NCBI RefSeq assembly: GCF_032191835.1
Contig: NC_083223.1
Coordinates: 20,894,001 to 20,958,000 of the forward strand
DNA length: 64,000 nucleotides
Reading direction: 5' to 3'
From: Heteronotia binoei
Taxonomy: Eukaryota
Position numbers and translations under genes: made by a program. The notes under the pieces were generated by a model. It was not told where the DNA came from, did not search any database, and was given only the letters and a program-made list of their open reading frames with translations. Below are positions 10,439-21,738 of this stretch, piece by piece; the first letter of the stretch is position 1, and every line of letters starts with the position of its first letter.

Positions 10439-11622
10439 GTGGACTCCTATTGTGCACACAAGAGCTTGACTAGCTCCTGGGCAGTGGACCAGGAAGAAGA
10501 GAAGAGAGACCTCCCGGCACTTGGAAGGCAACCCAGAATGGTTGGTTTGGGTTGACAGTGCAGGGCCAGGTCACCTCTTCATTCTGGCAGTGCCGCTGAG
10601 GCTGCACAGAAGGTTACTTCTGGCTTGACGCTTGGGTATTTGTCAGAACACTGCACTGATCAGCCCAAAGTGTTGGACGTCTGATAGCATAATCATTTGC
10701 ACTCCCACCCCAATACATGCTTTCCAGGTTATTAGTTGTCCTGCTTACCTAGTATTTAACCTCATAACATAGATTTATATACTGTTCAAGAATTTTGCTT
10801 GGAGTGAAATAATATCTTAAATCACACTAAAAGAGGTTGAAATGGAATTTCTTTACTTTTTCAGGCTGGTCTTCAGGCTGAGCTGTCCAGGTCTACATGG
10901 TCGATACTTTAAAGTAGGGTGTGCAAGAAACCTGCACTTGCCCATTTACATAGTCAAGCCAAGAGACAGGTACTGTTTACATTGTGAATGAATCAAGCTT
11001 CCTTCTAGTGCTTTGAATTTTTGACTCTGTTGAAATGTGACACCACTGGCATAACTGTGCCTTAACTTCAACTTCTGATGAACTGGAGAAACAGGTTAGT
11101 CTCCCCCTTCGTCTTAAATATGCTGTGGTGATATAGCATCAAAATAAACTTCCTTTGTGACCATCATAAACGATCTGCTAAATCGTGGCTGCAGAAATAT
11201 TTCAGATCTTTAAGGTTTCAAATTCCTGGGCACCAGGCATTTTTCTAGGCAAATGCTCTATCCTGGCTCACCTTGGGAAACTGGGATTCCCCTCTGCCAC
11301 CATTGTGCCAAATGGCTTTCAGTGGATTTTTAAAGTGTGAACTCACTGCAAGATGGTTACAGGATCTGGCAGGTGGTTCTGTAAAGAATGGCTGGACTCT
11401 TCTGGACCCTGTTGGGCAAGATTACATAGAGATCTGGAGAGAATTGTCACCACTCTGTTGGATTTACCACTCTTTGTCTGATCTCGAGAAAAGAATGAAA
11501 CCTTAATTCTCTTGACATTTTGAGTTTCCTGTCTGTTGCTGGGGTTCAGTACCAGGTGCTGGTTCAAAGCCCTTTGCAACCTGGAACCTGCATACCTATT
11601 AGGCCATCCCTCCCATTGTGAA

Positions 11623-11778
11623 CAAAGAGCCCCGTGGCGCAGAGTGGTAAAGCTTCAGTATTGCAGTCGGAGCCCTCTGCTCATGACCTGAGTTTGATTC
11701 CAGCAGAAGTTGGTTCAGGTAGCCGGCTCCAGGTTGACTCAGCCTTCCATCCTTCCGAGATTGGTAAAATGAGTTCCA
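11623..11778 (+). mobile_element. Sauria SINE, 3'-truncated
   Basis: Matches the 5' half of the full copy at 18379-18679. Confidence 0.8.
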
Positions 11779-11866
11779 AATGTCTGTTCTCCCCCTGCAC
11801 ACCATCCCTGTGGAACTGCCTTCCCGAAGGTGTTGGGAAAGAGATCCCTTCCTAACAAGTTTCAGG

Positions 11867-12085
11867 TGTATGTGTGTCTGCACCTGGAAGTCATGGCGAC
11901 CGCCGGCGACTGACCCTTACTGGGGCCTGGAAGATATTCAGAGAGGTGGCTGAATAAATCCTGCCCCTGCCTCCAGGTTCTGGTATTTCAAGGAGGTCTC
12001 CCATCCAAGTACTTGCCAGGATCGACCCTGCTTAGCTTCTGAGATCTGACAAGGTCGGGCTTGCCTGGGCTATCCAGGCCAGGGC
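11867..12085 (-). mobile_element. 5S rRNA-derived SINE
   Basis: Minus strand carries 5S box A (AGCTAAGCAGGG) and box C (GTACTTGGATGGGAG), then a non-5S body and a CA-rich tail. Confidence 0.85.
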
Positions 12086-12361
12086 AACTGATTGCCACTT
12101 CTGATTGGCAGACTGGGTGACAAGGAGATGCTCTCTCATTGTTAGTGTGTGTGAAACCATGAGATGCAGTTTGCGGTGTATTCCATACAAAAGATATCCC
12201 AGGTGAAGTGACAGCTTATTCATGTCAACTGAGTAATCATCCACTTCTCTCCTGGAGACAGGCTTGCTACTAATCCAGTCTATATTGGAAAGTGTTAGGA
12301 AAGATTCCCAACAATTCTCAAAGCAAAATTGTTACTGCTTCTTAACTATGGTTCACCTGAA

Positions 12362-12528
12362 NNNNNNNNNNNNNNNNNNNNNNNNNNNNNNNNNNNNNNN
12401 NNNNNNNNNNNNNNNNNNNNNNNNNNNNNNNNNNNNNNNNNNNNNNNNNNNNNNNNNNNNNNNNNNNNNNNNNNNNNNNNNNNNNNNNNNNNNNNNNNNN
12501 NNNNNNNNNNNNNNNNNNNNNNNNNNNN
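12362..12528. other. Assembly gap (167 N)
   Basis: Run of N. Confidence 1.
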
Positions 12529-13862
12529 GCATTCCTGAAATAGTAGCAAGCTTCCAAGATATTTGGGTGGGACTTCTGTGCTATTTTCTGACTGCAGCTT
12601 GTTTTTTGCCCTTTGTCAGGTATGCCTGTGACCTAGCATGTTTCTAACTGTATGTCCCAGCAATATTGTCTTGCTCATGAGGTTGAAGGCAAGTCCCAGG
12701 CCACAGCAGCTCGCTCAGCAAGGGTTCTAGGATCCCCATTCCAAGTCATAGTCCAGAAGCACACTCCAGGGTCAGGTAGCAAGGTTCTCAGAGCTTCAAC
12801 AAGGCAGGTAAGTGGCAAGATTGCCAGCAGCACTGCAGACAAGTTGCTCCCACACTGGCTGCCGCCTTGTATAGGGAATTTCCCTGGGTTTCCTGTTAGG
12901 CTTTTCCTCACAAGCTGAGTCAGCATCTCTACTCATGATGAATGCTGAAGCTCAGATCCTGTGGTGACTTACTTGTCCTGGCATTTCTTTAGCAGACGGG
13001 GCCGCCAGGCACTCCTGCTCTGGTCTATGCCTTAGCCCTACCCTTTTGTTTTCTCTGCTCCTGGGGTGTTTTGGAAGACCATGGTGGGTCTGGTCGTGGG
13101 CAGGTGCATGCTGGGAGGCGCCAGTGCTGGCTCAGGGTCCCCTTGGGAAGGCTGAAGCACTTTATCTTTAGCGGCCCAGTTTGAGGTTGACTACATCCTA
13201 CCAGCCCGTTGGCTTCAGCTTTGAGACTGTGGTAATCTAGTTATGTCACTATATGTATAAACTGTATGGCTCTAACTGTTTTAATTATTGAATTTTTCAT
13301 TATTGTGTTATGGGGTGGGGTTTTTTTTGCTATAATCCACCCTGAACTCGCTTGTGGGAAGGGCAGAATAAAAATCCACCAAATAAATAGATAAATAAAT
13401 TAGAAAGTCTGCCAGGGTAGGGTTAGGGGGTGGGTTGTCTTCTTCCTCCAAGGACTCTTCTTCCCATGGTAAACCAAAGGCGGTCCATGAGAGATATGCC
13501 GTTGGTTCTCAGTGGCTCTGAGTCCTGTATATTTTCCCTGTTTGCACAGCTGGGAGCAGCCACCCTCTTGAAGATGCCACATTCATATTTTATAAGAACA
13601 CCAAAGGCACGAAGTGTTTTCTTCCCTTCTAGAGGTTTGCCAAAGTCTGACCTGGACGCCTGCATTGCTGGTCAAAATGTAATTGTCAGTTAATCAGAAT
13701 TTCAGAAGCAAGGCTGCTTTAAAGTATCAACGCTAGTAATTTAACTTCCTTGAGCCAAAGGGGGGGGGGGGGGAGATTTACTGTCATGTCAGTCTTTAAA
13801 ATCTTCTCTTTTTTTTTTCCTAAGGTGAAATAACATAAGAGTTCAGCGGCACCATAAAGATA

Positions 13863-13970
13863 ATGGCGAAGATGTTAAGAAGACAGTGTGCATTTTGCCC
13901 AGAGGACGAAGAATGTTCCATTATGTATGTCGCTGAAGGACAGAATCTTGCCGTTCATCAAGACTGCTTG
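13863..13970 (+). CDS. PHF11: PHF11 coding exon 1 (exon starts 13825): MAKMLRRQCAFCPEDEECSIMYVAEGQNLAVHQDCL
   Basis: Polypyrimidine tract plus AG at 13823-24; donor GTGAGG; ePHD pre-zinc-knuckle CxxC...HxxC. Confidence 0.9.
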
Positions 13971-14467
13971 GTGAGGTTTGCAGTGACCTCCTACCTGTGA
14001 GCGATAAATGGCTGGAAAACTGAAAATGCCCAAAGGTCTCTTTCAGGACAATCCATGACAAGTGCATATAATTGATGTGTGATGTGCTTTGTAGCGATAG
14101 AGCACTGCTACTGGGACAAATAAAAGTGGCTAAAAGGGTCAGGGCAGTGGTGTCGTTGAAACTGGACAGGGGGAGCACCTCATTGCCGCTGATGTAAGTA
14201 ATCCATGTTGGTTGAAAGGCCAGGAGATGGAATCAGAGCGGGCATGTTGCCTCTCTTTACGGTGCAAAATGGACTTCTATAAGTCATGTAGATTGGCATG
14301 ACTGAATAGCGGAGAAGACACCTGTTCCTAGTCTTTTGAAGAGCAAAAAATGTAAGCACTGTACAGCTACGCTGTACAAGCACATCCGTTACCCCATCTG
14401 TGGTAAATGTGCCCAGTGGTTTGAAGGAGAGGTGAAAAGGTCAACTTCATCAGGTCAAAAGGACAAT

Positions 14468-14672
14468 ATATGAACATATGAAGCTGCCTTATGCTGAATC
14501 AGACCCTCTGTCTATCAAAGTCAGTATTGTCTGCTCAGACTGGCAGGGTCTCAAGCTGAGGTTTTTCACGCCTACTTGCCAGGACCCTTTTTAGTTGGAG
14601 ATGCCGGGGATTGAACCTGGGACCTTCTGCTTACCAAGCAGATGCTCTACCACTGAGCCACCATCCCTCCCC
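14468..14672 (-). mobile_element. tRNA-derived SINE (Squam2-like)
   Basis: Head has A box TGGCTCAGTGG and B box GGTTCAATCC; tail is (TATGTTCA)n. Other copies at 37270 and 42649. Confidence 0.85.
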
Positions 14673-15371
14673 TGACAATAGAAGGCATACACCTGTTGAG
14701 AAGCAATGAACAGTTTGCATCTAGGTGAAGAAATGTGTCTTAGATTTAAGAGCTGCCCACTATGTCTTTAAAAATACTTAACTTTTTTTTTAGTAGTTCC
14801 CAATCTTTCAATTTTTTCCATTGGAAGACTTGGCAGGGGGAGAGCCCTCCAAAAAAAGTGGAGGGGGGGGACTGGTTCCCCCCCATTTTTTTCCCTGGGT
14901 GTTTTTCCCCCCTGGGTCTTTGCATCTCTAGGCTGCTCCCTGTATCCTTGCACTAGCTGACTGAAGCACTGAGTCCAGAGGTGGGGGAGATGAAAGGCCG
15001 CCTCTGTGAGCAGGTTACCTCAGTTCTTCAGGTTTAGAGTGGGATGAGATGAACACAGATAAGGTGGCTGATTCTTAATCAGACCACGGGTCCTTCAAGA
15101 TCAGTATTGCCTGCTTGAGACTTTTAGCCACTCTCCAGGGTCTTTCAATTCGCTTACATCCTGATCCTTTTACCTGGGGACTGAACCTGGCAGCTACTGC
15201 ATGCCGAGCAGATGCTCTGCCTCTGAGCTCTGGCCTCTCCCTCTGAGCAGCTAGATGCTGCCTTGCAGTGCAGTGCATTCTTGAACAAACCCTGAGGTTT
15301 TTGGGTGGCTCGAAGTGAGTGAGCCTTTTGCTCCACGGTGGCTAAAATCCAAGAGTGTGTATAGTTTAGAG

Positions 15372-15542
15372 CAGGGGTGGAATTTTAGCAGGAGCTCCTT
15401 TGCATATTAGGCCACACACCCCTGATGTAGCCAATCCTCCAAGAGCTTACAAGGCTCTTTTTTGTAAGCTCTTGGAGGATTGGCTACATCAGGGGTGTGT
15501 GGCCTAATATGCAAAGGAGCTCCTGCTAGAATTCCACCCCTG
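15372..15542. mobile_element. Palindromic hAT MITE
   Basis: Near-perfect hairpin; perfect 8-bp TSD GTTTAGAG at 15364-15371 and 15543-15550. Confidence 0.9.
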
Positions 15543-15730
15543 GTTTAGAGTGGTTGTTTGTAGATGAGTAAACTCACCAAAGAAACTTCTGAATCAAAGA
15601 CAGTGAATTCGAATCCCTTGCAAATTCTAGTTGCTGTTTCTTACTGCTTCATCTTTATAGTAAATCCTGCAAAATTATTATTATTATTATTATTATTATT
15701 TAACTTTTGTTTCCATTTTTCTTTTTTTAG

Positions 15731-15838
15731 TTATATTCCTCTGGATTTGTGGAATCTGAAGAACATAACCCTGAAAACCTTGATATAAGGTTCGATGTGT
15801 CCTCAGTTGTGAATGAACTAAAGAGAGGAAGGAGGCTG
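15731..15838 (+). CDS. PHF11: PHF11 coding exon 2: LYSSGFVESEEHNPENLDIRFDVSSVVNELKRGRRL
   Basis: AG/GT bounded, 108 nt, phase 0-0; LYSSG and KRGRRL motifs of ePHD proteins. Confidence 0.92.
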
Positions 15839-16451
15839 GTGAGTCATCTACTGGTAGCACTTTAACAGTTAAGCACTGAAGTTCCTAAGGATCTCCTGTA
15901 GGTGACTCCTACAACTGACTTGCTGCAGAGTGATTTATTTGTCTCACGTGAGATTAGTCCCATCTCAGTAAGAGTAGTTGGGTAGCGTATGGATTTTCCA
16001 GATTCTGATAGACAAGATGCAGTCGCTTTGAGGTAATGAGAATTTTCAGGGAAGGGGAGAAATGGGTGTTGAGCTGATTGGAGGGGGGTGGGGGCTTCAC
16101 CAAGGGCAATTTCCCCAGAGCCCTGAGGAGACAGCTTCACAACTGTTTTATTTACTTTATCGAAATCCTGTCTTTCTCTCCCAGTGAGAGCACAAGATGG
16201 CTTACATCGTTCTCTTCTCCTTCGTTTTATGCTCACAGCAACCCTGTGATGTTAAGCTAGGTTGAGAGCGTGTGACTGACCCAGCAATCTTCCATGGCAG
16301 AATGGAGATTTGAACTTGGATCTCCCAGATCCTAGTCTGACACTTTAACTACTAAACCTTGATGGCTTGCTACTCCTGAAAAATCTTTATTTCCTAATGA
16401 TGGATACTAAACTTCAACTAAATATTAGCCTTGCGATCCCTGTTGTTGCAG

Positions 16452-16585
16452 ATGTGTAATTTCTGTCGCAAGAAAGGAGCCACCGTTGGGTGTGAGGTGA
16501 AACACTGTCGCAGGAGTTACCATTATTTCTGTGCTCTGTGTGATGACGCTGCAATAGAAACAGATGAAGTGCAAGGCATTTATCG
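16452..16585 (+). CDS. PHF11: PHF11 coding exon 3: MCNFCRKKGATVGCEVKHCRRSYHYFCALCDDAAIETDEVQGIYR
   Basis: PHD core CxxC..GAxxGC....C...YH..C; 134 nt; donor GTATTT. Confidence 0.95.
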
Positions 16586-16891
16586 GTATTTAACAAAACC
16601 TATTCTGAATTCTGTACCACCATCAACATTTTATCTCGGGTGGCCTCTTCCATTTATTTGTGGTTTGGAACCATCGCTTTTGTGGCGCTGAATAAAAAAT
16701 GCTTTCTGGTAAAAGGAGCCTGTTTGATGGCTAGGCAATATCAGTGAATCCAAACAATCCCAGAGTGTCATGAAATAGAGCTGATCATCAGCAGTGTAAA
16801 TCTTTGGTATCTGTAGAATTAATGCTAAGCCCAAGGCCCTGACTTGGATAACCCAGGCTAGCCCAACCTGGTCAGAACTCAGAAGCTAAGG

Positions 16892-17167
16892 AGAGCCAGT
16901 TTGGTGTAGCGGTTAAGTGTGCGGACTCTTATCTGGGAGAACCGGGTTTGATTCCCCGCTCCTCCACTTGCACCTGCTAGCATGGCCTTGGGTCAGCCAT
17001 AGCTCTGGCAGAGGTTGTCCTTGAAAGGGCAGCTGCTGTGAGAGCCTTCTCCAGCCCCACCCACCTCACAGGGTGTCTGTTGTGGGGGAGGAAGGTAAAG
17101 GAGATTGTGAGCCACTCTGAGACTCTTCGGAGTGGAGGGCGGGATATAAATCCAATATCTTCATCTA
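16892..17167 (+). mobile_element. Squam3-like SINE, preceded by a truncated 5S-SINE head (about 16830-16890)
   Basis: Full head to tail; its 3' end seeds the following array. Confidence 0.85.
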
Positions 17168-17895
17168 CTTCACAGGGTGTCTGTTGTGGGGGAGGAAGGG
17201 AAAGGAGATTGTGAGCCGCTCTGAGACTCTTCGGGGTGGAGGGCGGGATATAAATCCAATATCTTCATCTACCTCACAGGGTGTCTGTTGTGGGGGAGGA
17301 AGGGAAAGGAGATTGTGAGCCGCTCTGAGACTCTTCGGAGTGGAGGGCGGGATATAAATCCAATATCTTCATCTACCTCACAGGGTGTCTGTTGTGGGGG
17401 AGGAAGGGAAAGGAGATTGTGAGCCGCTCTGAGACTCTTCGGAGTGGAGGGCGGGATATAAATCCAATATCTTCATCTACCTCACAGGGTGTCTGTTGTG
17501 GGGGAGGAAGGGAAAGGAGATTGTGAGCCGCTCTGAGACTCTTCGGAGTGGAGGGCGGGATATAAATCCAATATCTTCATCTACCTCACAGGGTATCTGT
17601 TGTGGGGGAGGAAGGGAAAGGAGATTGTGAGCCGCTCTGAGACTCTTCGGAGTGGAGGGCGGGATATAAATCCAATATCTTCATCTACCTCACAGGGTGT
17701 CTGTTGTGGGGGAGGAAGGTAAAGGAGATTGTGAGCCGCTCTGAGACTCTTCGGAGTGGAGGGCGGGATATAAATCCAATATCTTCATCTACCTCACAGG
17801 GTGTCTGTTGTGGGGGAGGAAGGGAAAGGAGATTGTGAGCCGCTCTGAGACTCTTTGGAGTGGAGGGCGGGATATAAATCCAATATCTTCAATAT
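17064..17895 (+). repeat. Tandem array, 8 x 104 bp, made from the SINE 3' end
   Basis: Unit starts (cctcacaggg) at 17064, 17168, 17272, 17376, 17480, 17584, 17688 and 17792. Confidence 0.95.
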
Positions 17896-18378
17896 CTTCA
17901 TCTTCTATTTGGATAGGAAACCAGCAGAACAGGGTTGCTATGCAGAGGCAGGCGGTGGCAAACCACCCGTGAATGTCTCTTGCCTTGAAAATCCTGTGGG
18001 GGTCACCATGAGTCAGCTCTCGCTTAGCGCAAAAAAGAAGCCCATCGGTGTCTTCCCAGCTTTCCTAAACCCTGGATTGCTGTGGATTCCAGCTATGTGG
18101 TGGAAGAGATTAGAAGTTAAGAGCTATTTCTGTGCAGATGTCTCACAAGGAAATAAGTTGCAGAGATCTTTGTAAAAGCCAGGAATAAAAGGGATTACTG
18201 ATTTAGGCTTACGCTAAAAATTGCAGTGAAATGTGCTTATCAAAATGTGTATTAAGTGATACAGCATGAGAAAACGTCGGCCTTGTTAGAAAGGAGAAGG
18301 CCTGGAAAAACTGGGAGAGAGAACCCATTTTTTGATCGAGGGAGGCAGGTTTTATTAAATACTTGCTCTTTTAAAATA

Positions 18379-18679
18379 AGAGCCCCGTGGCGCAGTGTTA
18401 AAGCTGCAGTACTGCAGTCCTAAGCTCTGCTCACGACCTGAGTTCGATCCCCGGTGGGAGCTGGGTTTTCAGGTAGCCGGCTCGAGGTTGACTCAGCCTT
18501 CCATCCTTCCAAGGTCGGTAAAATGAGTACCCGGCTTGCTGGGGGGGAAGTGTAGATGACTGGAGAAGGCAATGGCAAACCACCCCGTAAAAAGTCTGCC
18601 GTGAAAACGTTGTGAAAGCAACGTCACCCCAGAGTCGGAAACGACTGGTGCTTGCACAGGGGACCTTTCCTTTCCTTTT
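18379..18679 (+). mobile_element. Sauria SINE, full length (tRNA head, Bov-B-like tail)
   Basis: Head agagccccgtggcgcag; tail gagtcggaaacgactggtgcttgcacagggg plus (CCTTT)n. Confidence 0.85.
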
Positions 18680-19135
18680 AAAATGGAAGAGATATGTGTT
18701 TTCCAAAAGGGTTTTAAAACGTTTTCACTATTCATTAATCCCCTACAGTGCTTTCTTGTAATTGTTTTACACAGTTTCCGGTGTTCTGTGTTTGCAGTCC
18801 CTGTCCATTACAGATGCCCACCGCTTCCAAATCCTGTTACCTGCTTCAGATCCCTCCAGCTTCTGTGGCTTGTGCAAAAAACAAAACACTTTTTATTTAT
18901 TTTTGCAAATAGAGACTCCAAACAGTGAACATGAGAATGTGCAGAGAAACTTATTTTAATCAGTGCGACTCTGAAAAAAAAGTTTAGAATTGGCAACTGT
19001 TGCTCTGAATCACACCGATTCTGATTAGAGTAAGACACTTGAGATGGGGGTTATTTACATATTGCGAGATATTGCGGGGTATTACATATTGCTGACATTG
19101 CATGATAAAGGTTTCATGTGGCTTATTTTATAGGG

Positions 19136-19501
19136 CAGGGGAGGGGAACGTCCAGCCCGAGGGCCATTTACAGCCCTCGAGATCACTTGGTCTGGCCCTC
19201 AGGGATTGCTGTGCCAAGCTGAGCCATGTGGCAGCCTCCCTGGGGCCCAGCTGGCCAGTGAGGATCGTGGGGTCCAGCTGTACTGTGCAGCAGCCTCCCT
19301 AGGGCCTGGCTGGCTGGCAGGGATCATGGGGCCCAGCCATGCTGCATGGCCGTCTCCCTTGGGCCTGGCTGGCTGGCCAGGATCGCTGTGGGGCCTGGAA
19401 AAGTCAGTTGATAAATTTTAAGTTGATAATTTTGTATGGCCTGCAAATGATGTTATAAATATCCAAATGGCCCTTGGCAGAAAAAAGGTTCCCCACCCCT
19501 G
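19136..19501. mobile_element. Non-autonomous hAT element
   Basis: TIRs caggggaggggaac / gttccccacccctg; TSD ttataggg / ttctaggg. Confidence 0.8.
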
Positions 19502-19579
19502 TTCTAGGGGAAAGAGCAAATACAGTGTGACAGAGAGTTAGAATTTTCTTCTTGAACATATGAATGTCTTCTACTGAAC

Positions 19580-19755
19580 TGGACCTTGGTCCATCAAAAA
19601 CAATATTGTCTATTCTGACTGGCAGCGCCTTTCCAGGGTATCAGGAAAAGTCTTCCACATCTGCTTCCACTTGACCCTTTTTTCCTGGAGATGCTGGGGT
19701 TTGAACATGGGACCTTCTGTATGCCAAGCAGATGCTCTACGAATGAGCCACAGCC
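19580..19755 (-). mobile_element. Squam2-like SINE, diverged
   Basis: Similar to 14468-14672. Confidence 0.65.
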
Positions 19756-20423
19756 CCTGTAGCAAAGCAAAGGTTGCTGTTCGCATTTCCTGTAAAGACC
19801 TGAGGCAGATCTTTTGTAATTTGGCAGCTGAATAAGAGGGAAATATCTTAACACTCTTAAGCCAAGGGAAATTTCTGAATTTGTTTTTACTAGGCAATTT
19901 TTAAGCCTTATTCTCTGGACTCGTGTGGAAACACTTATATGAGCAAGGAGCCAGAGGCCAAGTAGAGCAGAACCAGAGAACGGTTATCAAGAGCTTAGGT
20001 GAACGGAGGCTGTGGTCTTGAACACACCGTTTTTTTAAATGCATGGGACGTGCTTCTAATCAAACATGACTAGGGGCAGCCTTGGAGTACTGAATGCTAA
20101 AAAAAAAAATACAATGTCATAGTCTAAAGAAATTTGTCGAATTGAAATGAATTTTTAAAAAATGCATTAATCTCTTAAGAAGCGATTGAATCAAATCTTC
20201 CAAGGGAATATTGCTAGAATTTTGAGACATCTTGTATTTCCATTGTTGAATTCCTTTTTCAGAATTTTCTTAAAGCAATGAACAGGGGCACTGTACTTGG
20301 TTCCTCCTAAGCCAAATGCTTCTTCTACTGAAATAATATCATTTATATATTTGTTTTACTAATCAGTGAGCACTGCTGTATTAATCTTGTGTATTTTCTC
20401 TCACAATTTCCCCAACATTTTAG

Positions 20424-20470
20424 AGTGTTCTGTCCAAATCATGACCCAGATAGGAAGGCCAACCTGTACG
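20424..20470 (+). CDS. PHF11: PHF11 coding exon 4: (R)VFCPNHDPDRKANLY
   Basis: 47 nt, phase 2-1; supplies the final CxxH zinc ligands; donor GTGAGT. Confidence 0.92.
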
Positions 20471-21673
20471 GTGAGTTTCTTTTCATTGTAACGTTGTCTA
20501 CAGTTCGTGTTGGACCAGCTGCTTGGTTTTGAAGCACATTGTGTGGGAAAGTAGGCCTCAGTTGCCATCCAACAGATATGCCCAGGAGGGACGTTTTGAT
20601 CTCAGCTGCTCTTAAGGAAAAGTCATCTTTTCCTTACTCCCTGTGTTGATGTAGCACTTGGTGTATTTCCTGAGCCAGGCTGCCTTCTCAGGCTTCAGAC
20701 TCTTTGGGGCTTGCTAAAACAGTCCCCCCCCCCCATTGAAGACACGTGTGTACCCATCACTGAAACTACCTGTCATATAACTGTGTAAAAAACACTCTAT
20801 GGGCTGTTTAAAACCTAATTTGTATTTCTCCTACTCCACTAAACAACTTAGGAAAACCCAAGAATACCCACTAAAACTTTCCAGAGCCTGGCTTGCTGGA
20901 GGAACCTGTTGATTTGGACCAGCATGGGCTTTTCATTGTGGAAGAGTTTCCTTCCAGTGGTGGTTTCTTGTTGTTGTTAGGCTTCAAATCCAAACTAGTC
21001 ATAACTAGTGGGGTGGCCTGTATATGGGTGATCATATTAGCCATAGTTAGCATAATTTAATCTTGGTTTAATGGGAGGCCTTATCAAGGGGTGTCCAATC
21101 AAACACTACCAACCCAAATAAACCAGCCTTAGGTTTCTGGGAACTGAGTGGGAATCTCTGGTTTTGTGAATGCACACACACCCCTCCAATAATTCTTAGT
21201 GTTTCCACTCCCAATAATACTGGGATTGGTGATTGTGTCAGGGAGGCAGCTACAGAGGAGGATTATGGGCCCCAAAGGGTCTGTAGCTCTTTAAAGTTGA
21301 AAGGACCGTTATTTTTTTTACAGGCTGAGGACCTGATCTCCAGAGTCCAGGTCCACCTATAAGTCCTGCATAGTCCAGATATACCTATAGAAAATAATGG
21401 TCCTTGAAAGTTTAAAAGGGCCCATTTGCTGCAGACCAAGTGGAGCAAGGTTCTGGAAGCTAAGCCTTCCTTCCTGCCTGCCTTCCTTCCTTCTCTTCTT
21501 ACCTCCCTCCCTCCCTTCCTTGTTACTGGGGATGGTTAAGCTCTCCAGAAAAGTCAGAAAGCTAAAGTGGGGCAGCTGCCCTCTGTGGTTTTTATGGTAT
21601 ATCTTGTGCTATGAAGTATTATAAAACGTTGGCCTTTTATACTATACTTATTATTGCTTGTTGACATTTCTAG

Positions 21674-21738
21674 ATGAGGACACTAAAAGGGAAAAGTCGC
21701 CCATTACAGTGCAGTCTTCATCTGCTAGGAAAAAAATG
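21674..21738 (+). CDS. PHF11: PHF11 coding exon 5: (D)EDTKREKSPITVQSSSARKKM
   Basis: TAG acceptor, GTAAAG donor, 65 nt. Phase 1-0 is exactly what is needed to join exons 4 and 6. Low-complexity linker, so support is mainly phase. Confidence 0.7.

Noticed and set aside
11985-12085. 5S rRNA genes (also 26370-26472, 58989-59090)
   Set aside because: The 5' end is altered, the 3' end is replaced by a SINE body, and the copies are dispersed and diverged.
12264-12647. ORFs spanning the N run
   Set aside because: Artefacts of translating Ns.
12600-13400. Degenerate L2 ORF2
   Set aside because: Only an L2-like 3' tail (about 13260-13400) and a lone HWLP are visible; not enough to call the body.
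1-13800. SETDB2 or CAB39L exons expected from mammalian synteny
   Set aside because: No SET-domain or Mo25-like coding segment was found by eye; they may lie outside the window or in the gap.
14590-14672. tRNA genes (also 37410-37489, 42780-42860, 18379-18450)
   Set aside because: The A and B boxes run into SINE bodies and tails, so these are SINE heads rather than tRNA genes.
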